Shown here in pieces: positions 54,965-64,000 of a stretch of 64,000 nt of DNA. A model generated the notes under the pieces. The model searched no databases, was not told the origin of the DNA, and was given only the letters and a program-made list of their open reading frames with translations. The first letter of the stretch is position 1, and every line of letters begins with the position of its first letter. Origin of the DNA: Lama glama (lineage: Eukaryota); contig CM052817.1 in the NCBI GenBank assembly GCA_028534125.1, positions 63,552,001 through 63,616,000 of the forward strand, read 5' to 3'. The position numbers and the translations under genes were made by a program.

Positions 54965-55760
54965 CACATTCCCCTTCTGCTCCAGACACTCTTAATTGTT
55001 TTGCTCTTCCCAAACATATCACACACACTCTGGCTTAAGGGCTTTTGCACTTGTTGATGCTTCTGAGTAGAAGGTGTTCCACTCATACTGTTCCCATAAT
55101 GACCCCTCAATGCTTAAATGTCTCTCCTGAAAGGTCCTCTTCACAGAGACTGTTGCTGACCACCCCTACTTTTAAAAGACCAGCCCCACCACCACCATCA
55201 GGCTCCTTTCTATGCCCTTACTTTTTCATTTGTACCATCTATAATTCCCTAAATAAATACTTATTTACATTTTTTGTCTCTACCATTAGAATGTAAGCTA
55301 TGTGGATGGACCTGGAGATCATCATACTAAGTAAAGTAAGCCTGAAAGAGAAATAAAAATACCGTATAATATTGTTTAAGTGTGGAATCTTAAAAAAAAA
55401 AAACTGATACAAATGAACTTATTTACAAAACAGACAGACTCACAGAGACAGAAAACTATTGATTACCCGGGTGGGGAGGATTAAATCAGAAGGTTGGGAT
55501 TTTAACTACTATATATAAAATGGATAAACAACAAGGTCCTACTGTGTAGCACAGAGAACTATATTCAATACCTTGTAATGAAACACTTATATGAATATCA
55601 CTAAGTGTACACCAGAATTTAATACAACATTGTAGATCAACAGTACTTCAGATAGATAGCAAGCTCTAGGAGGCTAGAATCTTAGTCATCTTCCTCATGC
55701 CTGCATGCCTAGTGCCAGGAACATAGTGGGTATTCAGTTCAATAAACATTTGTTGAATCG
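54965..55760 (+). mobile_element. L2 3' end interrupted by a short L1 3' fragment (~55299-55655)
   Basis: L2 end 'ccattagaatgtaagct...aagctct...catagtgggtattcag...aataaacatttgttgaat'; the inserted part 'tggatggacctggagatcatcatactaagt...gtagatcaacagtacttca' is an L1 3'UTR. Confidence 0.75.
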
Positions 55761-56519
55761 GTAAATATATTAAAAAAATTGCCTTAGATTTATAATCTGG
55801 TAAATATTTGCATGATGTTCATTTTCCCTATACAGATCTGTGGCACATATATTTTCTTATAAACCAAAACCTGCACATATATATTATACAACAAACTTTA
55901 ACAATTTTATTCCCTGATATACTTTTTTTTTTTATTTTGGACATTATAGTGTCTAGTGTTTTGTGTGTAATCAGAATTTCCTAATTTGTTATTTTAACTA
56001 TGAAGAATTTGTTTCAATAATATCTTTTTCTGGCAACTTTGCAATATTCTCCATATAGTTTCAATACCGCTTCTTGTTTTTGTTTGCCATACACTCATGT
56101 CATCTGCATCTCTTATTTTAATATTGGCTCTTCTTATTTCATTATTTTTTTCATATTTCATTTTTTAGAGCCTCTGGAACAAAGTTAAATGATGGCTGAA
56201 TCACTGTCTTCATCCCAGTTTTAATGGGAATAAGACTAATATTTTAATATTTAATATTATGCTTGCTATCAGGATTTTCTACATAGTTTTAAAATCATTT
56301 TAATGCAGTGTCAAATCCTATTTTTAGTTCAGCTTTTTATTAGGAAAGATCCTTTAACTCTGAAAACAATTTTGCAGTATGTTTTAAAACAGTTACATTA
56401 TTTTATTCTTTAATTTGTTAATGCAGTTAATTACATTAAAATATTTTCTAATGTTGAGCCATTTTTCATTCCAGGAATAAACTCTACTTGGTTGTAAATA
56501 TCATCCTTTTAATTTCTTG

Positions 56520-57200
56520 ATTTGTTAAGTATTTATTGATTACCTGGTAAATACCTGACACTATTTCAAGTGATGTCTCCAAATGAAGATATCAAATAGG
56601 CAGTTGGATAAATTTTGTGGAGTTTTGAGGAGAGAACTAGAACCAGGTTAGAGATATAATTGGGAATTATCAGCATATGGGTGGAGCAGATCTATAATTA
56701 CCTAAATAAATACTTATTTACATTTTTTGTCTCTACCATTAGAATGTAAGCTATGTGGATGGACCTGGAGATCATCATACTAAGTAAAGTAAGCCTGAAA
56801 GAAAAAGAAAAATACTGTATGACATTGTTTATATATGGAATCTAAAAAAAAAAAAAAACCCGATACAAATGAACTTATTTACAAAACAGACTCACAGAGA
56901 CAGAAAACAATTGATTACCCGGGTAGGGAGAGATTAGGGATGATTAAATCAGAAGGTTGGGATTTTGTCTGTGATGTAGTTTAGTAGGGAAAGTTTTAGG
57001 TTAGTGAAGGAGAAAAGGTCCAGCAAATGTGTCATGGGCTCTCCAATGTATTAAATCAAGTTGATCAGAGGAATTAGTATAGGAGATACAGAAGCAGCAG
57101 CCAGTAAGATAAGAGGAAAACAAAGAAAGTGTGATATCCCAGTAGCCTAGATCTCATCTGATAAATCTGACTAGAAAGATGAAATGAAGACTCAGAACTA
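56520..57200 (-). mobile_element. L2 relic hosting the duplicate
   Basis: 'atatcaaataggcagttggata...gagatataattgggaattatcagcatat' and 'cagccagtaagataagaggaaaacaaagaaagtgtgatatcc'. Confidence 0.55.
56690..56966 (+). repeat. Dispersed direct duplicate of 55237-55503
   Basis: Both copies start atctataatt(c/a)cctaaataaatacttatttacatttttt and end ttaaatcagaaggttgggatttt. Confidence 0.95.
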
Positions 57201-60200
57201 CTATGAGCATTAGCTTATTTTGTTTTATTTTCAGTATGTCTTAGTGATAACCATGACTGTTTTCTCAAATCAAAGCAGCACATAAGCCTGCATCATCAGG
57301 GAGCAATCTATAACAATTTCAAGGTCCCTGTTTCTGATTATGAACAGCAACTAGTCTTCCATCTTTCATAGTTGTCCATTGGCTGTATGTCTGAATGTGA
57401 CTCTGTGTGTGTGTATAAACCCTCAATAATCATTAACTGTTGTTGTTTTGCCATTGTTATTATTTCATTTTATATAAATTGTTGCTATTATACAAGTCAC
57501 ACTTGTTCTCTGATACATGGTCATTTATAATTTATAATTTGGATAACAGTTTCCCATGTACAGCTCTGAATTCCTTTTGCCTGGCTAGGTACCATGAGTT
57601 CTAGGGATTGATCTACCATTGTCTCCCTAGAATAATTATAACAAAATATTTCATATTATTTTCATCTACCCTCAGTCATCAAGTATTCCTAATGATTCTA
57701 TGATTCTGTTTGTCTTTTTTTAATGTTTACAATCTCTTCCTTAACTTATTGTCATCATTTATTATACTTTTTTGGTATCTTTTTAATAAATCATATCTCT
57801 AGTTTATATTAATCCAACAGATAGTGGTAAATCCACTACTATATGATAATAGACACTCTGAGTAAATAAAGGTGAACCAGACACAGGTATGGCTTGTAAA
57901 GAATAGACAGTCTATTAAGAGATGGAGCTATCATATAACTAATAAGATAGAAATTCATATGTTTATGATACAAAGGGAAAAGATAAAGATTCAAAGGAAG
58001 CAGTCAGTATTTATGTTAGTGACAGGCAAGTCAACATTTAAACTGGGCTTTGAAATATAAATTGATTTTTTAAGTGTAGAGATGAATAAGTGATGCTCAA
58101 AGAAGAGCGAACAGAAGAAGTAAACAAAGTGAGCATATTGTCATCAAGTAATATGGTGAATAGCAAGCACTTTAGCCTAAAATTTATGCATATGAAATGA
58201 AATAATAGGAAGTATTGTTTAAAAAGTATATTAGGATCAGGAAATGGAAAGCTTTGGATTAAGTGAAGAATTTACTTACAGTGATCTGGTTGAATTTTGC
58301 TATATAGGTAGAGTAAAATGATATGAACTTGAAATATGAATTAGAAAAATTTATAGTAGAATACTGCTATAATTTTCTTATGATAATCTCAATGACTGTC
58401 AATTAGCAAGGTAGGGTTTGCTTTTAGATTGGATCTCACTTTGTCCTGAGTCCTACTAAAGTATTTTTAACACAGTCTTCAAATTAATGTTTGTTGTTCT
58501 TATTTTGTTATAGAAGAGTAATCCTAATAAACTTATCAAAGAGTTATTTAATTTTACTAAAATTAAACTAAGATATTCAACTTAATTATGCTACTATTTC
58601 CTAATAATTCAAAGAGTGATAACAAGGTAACTGCAACAAAATGAATAAGGAATAGTTTGCCATACTAGACTAATTAAAATCACTAATTTATTAAACTGAC
58701 TGGCTTGGTTTCAAGGTGCCTTACTATTACAATACTTGTCAATCAAATGGAGCCTAGAAACCAAGACAAGGCACTATAAACAATTGGAGCATGGATAAGA
58801 AAACAATTATCTACACTGAAGTATTTAAATCCCTATAACAAGAACATACAAACATACTCACAAATAATAGATTTGTTAAATATCAAAATGTAAAAACAAA
58901 TACTTTAAAACTATTGGTAGGATACATAGAGAAGAATGTGTTGTATGTGGGGTAGAAAATGATTATTTATACAAGAATCAGAAAGTAAAAAGAATAAAAA
59001 TATTGCTAATTTCCTGAAGTGCCAATAGTGTGCAGCGTAGGTTCAGAGATTATCAACTTTATGATTAAGGAACAAAGCTATTACTCTGAAAATGCTTCAG
59101 AGTACACTTAGCATGACCACTTTATCCTCATCAAAATGCAGATCATAAATGGTACAAAGTGCAAAATCTTCCACACTATAGAAATGCCATAAAAAGTTCT
59201 CAAAGTTTACTCAAAATTCATGATTATATAGTACCTTATAGAGTTTATTTTTAAAGACAAATAATTTTATGGACTATGAATGCTCTTTAGAATCTGGCAT
59301 TCTGGTATTCTGATATTTAGTGCTAGATCTACATTCTAGTTCAGTAATAGAGATAGCTACAGAACTGAGTAGCATCACTCTCTCTCAGATGAAGTCTCAA
59401 AAACATTCCATCAATTTTAAACTAACTGGATTTAGAGCCTTTAAGGTTTTAGAATTTAGATATCCATGGTTACTGTAAATATTCATTATGGATGTGACCA
59501 AGATGTGAAGTAGTATGACCCTGAGCACACCAAAATTATAATTATTTACAGAGAACTATTTATGAGAAAGACCTGAAGATGAGCAGAAAAGATTTTCTCA
59601 ACTAAACACATAAACAAAGAACCATGAGATGGGTAGGAGGGGTGGAAATGGAGTATAGTCAAGACCATATCCCTGGATAGGCAACCCACAAATGAGAGAA
59701 TTACAATTGCAGAGGTTCTCTCCATGAAGCAAGGGGTCTAAGTCACACATCGGGCTCTGGCAGTCATGGCGTTTAAGTTCCAGAAGACAGATAAATGACC
59801 TCCAAAAAAAAAGTTTAGGGAATATTGAAATTAAAATAAATGTAGAATCCCCTGAGCCTTGCAGACAGCTAAACAGGGACCCAACCATGCCCTCCAGCAG
59901 GCTGGCAATACATGCCTCCCTAGGGACACAAAGATAGCCACATGTGTACCCAGCCCCACCCAAGAGTTGGCTGGCAGCAGCTCATGCCTCCTCCAGTCTA
60001 TGCAGCCAACCAGATAGGAAGCCTACCCTGCACTTCAGCAGGCTCACTGCACAAGACACAATACTGTAGCAAACTAGGCCAGGAGCCAGGCCCACCCGCC
60101 AGTGTACCCACAGTAGTCAGCCCTGCGACAACAGAAAGGCAACAGTAGCCCACATAGAGGGCACTCCTAGAGTACATACCTCTGGTAAACAGAGGGGAGT

Positions 60201-61996
60201 GTGCTTCTAGGCCTCATGGGACATCTCCTACATAAGGCCACTCCAAAATCAGGAAACCTACCTAACCCATGAAAATAAACACAAAGAACTGGACAAAATG
60301 AGACACAAGAATATGTTCCAAACCAAAGAGTAAGACATAAACTCAGAAAAAGACACCAAATGGAGATAAACAGCCTACCCAATGAAGAGTTTAAAGTAAT
60401 AACCATAAAGATGCTCACCAAACTCAGAAGAAAAAAGGATGAACACAGGGAGAATTTCAAAGAGTTAGAAGATATAAAGAACCAGCAGAGCTTAAGAATA
60501 TAATAAATTGATTTTAAAAATACACTGAAAGGAACCAATAGTAGATTAGATGATACAGATCTGGAAGGAACAGAGTAGTGGAAATCACCCAAGTTGAACA
60601 GAAACGAGAACAAAGAATTTTTAAAGTGAGGATAGTTTAAGAGATCTCTAAGACAACATCAAGCATACTAACATTTGCATTATAGGGGTCTGAAAAGGAG
60701 GAAAGAGAGAAAGGGGTAGAGAACATATTTGAAGTAGTAACAGCAAAAAACTTCCCTCATCTAGGAAGGGAAACAGACTTTTGGGTCCAAGAAGCACAGA
60801 GGGTCCCAAGGAAGACCATATCAAGACACATTGTAATTAAAATGGCAAAAAATTAAAAGTAATCATAAAACAACATGAGAAACTTATGTGCAAGGAAACT
60901 TTCATAAGACTATCACCTGAGTTTTCAGCAGAAACTTTGTGGACCAGACTGGAGTGGCACAATAAACTCAAAATGATGAATGGAAAAAACCTACAACCAA
61001 AAATACTCTATCAGGCAAGGCTACCATTCAGCATGAAGGAGAGAGAGTTTTATGGAGAAGCAAAAGCCAAAAGAGTTCAGCATCACTAAACCAGCTTTAA
61101 AAGAAACCTTAAAGGGACTTAACTAAGTGGAAAAGACCACACATAGAAGTGTAGAAATTAGAAAAGGAACAAATCTCATTGGTAAAGGTAAACATATGGT
61201 AAAGGTAGCAGATCAACCACTTATAAAAGTAGAAAGATTAAAAGACAAAAGTAGTAAAACCATCACTATCCACAATAAGTAAAGGGACAATCAAAACAAA
61301 AAGACAAAGCATGATGTAAAAAACACTGAACATGGTAGGGGAAGAAAAAGTGCAAGGTTCTTAAAAAATGTGTTTGAGCTTAAGAGATCAACAACTTAAA
61401 GTAATGTGTAGTTATATGCATATATGGCCATATGAACCTCATGGTAACCACAAACCAAAAATCTAATACCTACACATAGAAAAAAAGAAAGGAAACCAAA
61501 AATAACACTAAAGATAGTCATCAAATCATAAGGGAGAAGGGGAAAGAAACAAAAAAAAAAACAGTAAAAAACCTTCCCAATACAATTAACAAATTTGCAA
61601 TAAATAAGTACATACCTATCAATAATTACATGTAAGTGGACTAAATACCCCAATCAAGACAGAGTAACTGAATGGATAAAAAAAGACTCACACATATACT
61701 GCCTACAAGAGACTAACTTCATTTCTAAAGACATGCAGAATTTAAGTGAGGGAATGGGAAATAAAAAGAAAGCTGGGATAGCAATACGTTTTTTCAGACA
61801 AAACACGTTAAAGACTATAACAATAGAAAAAGGACACTGCATAATGAAATAGGGATCAACCCAACAAGACGACATAAAAATTGTAAATACATATGAGCCA
61901 AGTATAGGAGCTATTAAACACATAAAGCAAGTATTAAACATAAAGGGAGAAACTGATAGCAACACCTATTAAGAATATAAGTTGGGGACTTCCGGG

Positions 61997-62377
61997 CAAG
62001 ATGGCAGAGTAGAAGGAGGCTTGTAAGTCACCCTCTCCCACAAATACACCAAGACCCACATCTACAGACCCACTCAGCCAACCAGAGCACCTGCGGAACT
62101 CCGACGGAACATCGCCCTCTTCAAAAGATAAAGACGCCAAAAATCTGAGAACTTGCTCCACAAAGACAAACAAGCAGCTGGGTCTTGGCTCGGAGCAGGG
62201 ACGAGGCTGCCCCCGGGTCTTCCCCGAGCCCACCCGCGGAGCGCGACCAGGGCGGAGCGCGCAGCCGCACAGAGCAGCGGAGCTACCGGCTGCACAGGCA
62301 GGGGGAGAGCGGCCCCCCGCCTGTCGGGCATGAACACAGCCCCTGACCGAGGTGCTGGGAGGGGGCACGACCCGCCC
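61997..62377 (+). promoter_or_regulatory. L1 internal Pol II promoter (YY1-type motif CAAGATGGC and CpG-rich segment)
   Basis: CAAGATGGC at 61997-62005; the only strongly CpG-dense stretch in the window. Confidence 0.7.
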
Positions 62378-62877
62378 NNNNNNNNNNNNNNNNNNNNNNN
62401 NNNNNNNNNNNNNNNNNNNNNNNNNNNNNNNNNNNNNNNNNNNNNNNNNNNNNNNNNNNNNNNNNNNNNNNNNNNNNNNNNNNNNNNNNNNNNNNNNNNN
62501 NNNNNNNNNNNNNNNNNNNNNNNNNNNNNNNNNNNNNNNNNNNNNNNNNNNNNNNNNNNNNNNNNNNNNNNNNNNNNNNNNNNNNNNNNNNNNNNNNNNN
62601 NNNNNNNNNNNNNNNNNNNNNNNNNNNNNNNNNNNNNNNNNNNNNNNNNNNNNNNNNNNNNNNNNNNNNNNNNNNNNNNNNNNNNNNNNNNNNNNNNNNN
62701 NNNNNNNNNNNNNNNNNNNNNNNNNNNNNNNNNNNNNNNNNNNNNNNNNNNNNNNNNNNNNNNNNNNNNNNNNNNNNNNNNNNNNNNNNNNNNNNNNNNN
62801 NNNNNNNNNNNNNNNNNNNNNNNNNNNNNNNNNNNNNNNNNNNNNNNNNNNNNNNNNNNNNNNNNNNNNNNNNNNNN
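62378..62877. other. Assembly gap (500 N)
   Basis: Seen directly; the round number suggests a placeholder length. Confidence 1.
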
Positions 62878-63526
62878 CTCCTAGAGAATGTCATTCTAAG
62901 TGAAGTAAGCCAGAAAGAGAAAGAAAAATACCATATGAGATCACTCATATGTGGAATCTAAAAAACAAAAACAAAAACAAACAAAAACAAAGCGTAAATA
63001 CAGGACAGAAATAGACTCACAGACGGAGAATATAGACTTGTGGTTGCCAGGGGGGTGGAGGGTGGGAAGGGATAGACTGGGATTTCAAAACTGTAGAATA
63101 GATAAACAAGATTACACTGTATAGCACAGGGAAATATACACAAAATGTTATGATAAATCACAGAGAAAAAAATGTGACAATGAGTGTGTATATGTCCATG
63201 AATGACTGAAAAATTGTGCTGAACACTGGAATTTGACAGAACACTGTAAAATGATTATGAATCAATAAAAAATGTAAAAAAAAAAGAATATAAGTTGGGG
63301 ACTTCAACATCATACTTATACCAATAGACAGGTTATCTAGACAGAAAATCAATAAGAAACACTGGCATTAAAAAATGCATTAAATGAGGTGAACTGAAAA
63401 AACATACATAGAACATTGCATCCAACAGCAGCAGACAACATATTCTTTTCAAGTGCACCTGGAACATTCTCCAGGATAGATTACATGTTAGGCCACAGAG
63501 CAACACTCAATAAATTTAAAAATTAC

Positions 63527-64000
63527 TCTTCAACAAAGGAGGAAAGAATACACAATGGTGAAAAGACAGTTTCTTCAGCAAGTGATGTTGGAAAAGCTGG
63601 ATAGCTGCATGTAAATAAATAAACTTAGAACACTCCCTCACACTGTGCACAAGAATAAACTCAGAATGGCTTAAAGACTTAAATATAAAACATGACACCA
63701 TAAAACTCCTGGAAGAGAACATAGGCAAAACATTTTCTGACATAAATCGCAGCAAGCTTTTCTTAGGTCAGTCTCCTAAGGCAAAAGAAATAAAAGCAAA
63801 AATAAACAAAGGGGACCTAATCAAACTTATAAGCCTTTGTACAGCAAAGGAAACCATAAACAAAACGAAAAGACAACCTATGGGATAGGAGAAGATATTT
63901 GCAAATGATGCAAATGACAAGGTCTTAATTTCCAAAATATACATATAGCTCATATAGCTACATATGAGAAAAACAAACCACCCAATCAAAAAATGGGCAG
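63527..64000 (+). mobile_element. LINE-1 ORF2 C-terminal region running off the window
   Basis: 'tcttcaacaaaggaggaaagaatacacaatgg...aaactcctggaagagaacataggcaaaac'. Confidence 0.85.

Larger units (their letters stand above)
61984..63283 (+). mobile_element. Young, probably full-length LINE-1 (CpG-rich 5'UTR and 3' end; middle lost in the gap)
   Basis: ggggacttccgggcaagatggc start; CpG-rich 62080-62377; ORF2 end, 3'UTR and poly(A) at 62878-63283; identical 22-mer AAGAATATAAGTTGGGGACTTC at 61971-61992 and 63284-63305. Confidence 0.9.
59490..63526 (+). mobile_element. Older LINE-1 (5'UTR, ORF1, ORF2 endonuclease region), interrupted by a young L1
   Basis: 5'UTR related to 54130-54771; ORF1 remnant 60886..61089 (IRLSPEFSAETL...NLQPKILYQARL); endonuclease remnant 63416.. 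(FFSSAPGTFSRIDYMLGH). Confidence 0.9.

Noticed and set aside
62153..62948. Longest ORFs in the track (183-243 aa)
   Set aside because: Artefacts of reading through the 500-N gap.
1..64000. Prokaryotic-type systems (CRISPR arrays, operons, defence loci)
   Set aside because: The sequence is mammalian repeat-rich DNA with no regularly spaced repeats and no gene-dense structure.

Overview
Mammalian, AT-rich, repeat-dense genomic DNA (intergenic or deep intron), probably from a camelid, judging by recalled similarity of its tRNA-derived SINEs and young L1 3' ends. I cannot support any intact protein-coding gene. The recognisable ORFs in the track are decayed LINE-1 ORF1/ORF2 fragments or their antisense shadows, and the rest look like chance frames. 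The window holds many L1 copies of different ages, L2/MIR/CR1 relics, ERVL/MaLR/ERV1 solo LTRs, hAT/Tigger DNA-transposon remnants, two SINEs and a 500-N assembly gap. The most interesting structures are: (1) a ~2.3 kb block of foreign genomic-type DNA with an A-rich tail and target-site duplication (TSD) inserted in the middle of an L1 (31207-33533), probably an orphan transduction or retrotransposed RNA; (2) a young, probably full-length L1 nested in an older L1 and collapsed into the N-gap, bounded by a perfect 22-bp direct repeat; (3) a ~270-bp local duplication spanning an L2/L1 junction; (4) an L1 whose 5'UTR is fused directly to the RT region of ORF2, possibly a spliced L1; (5) a recursive-splice-like motif and several candidate minus-strand exons. 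I found no evidence of a wholly new biological system. Repeat family names come from recalled consensus sequences, not a search, and most element boundaries are approximate.
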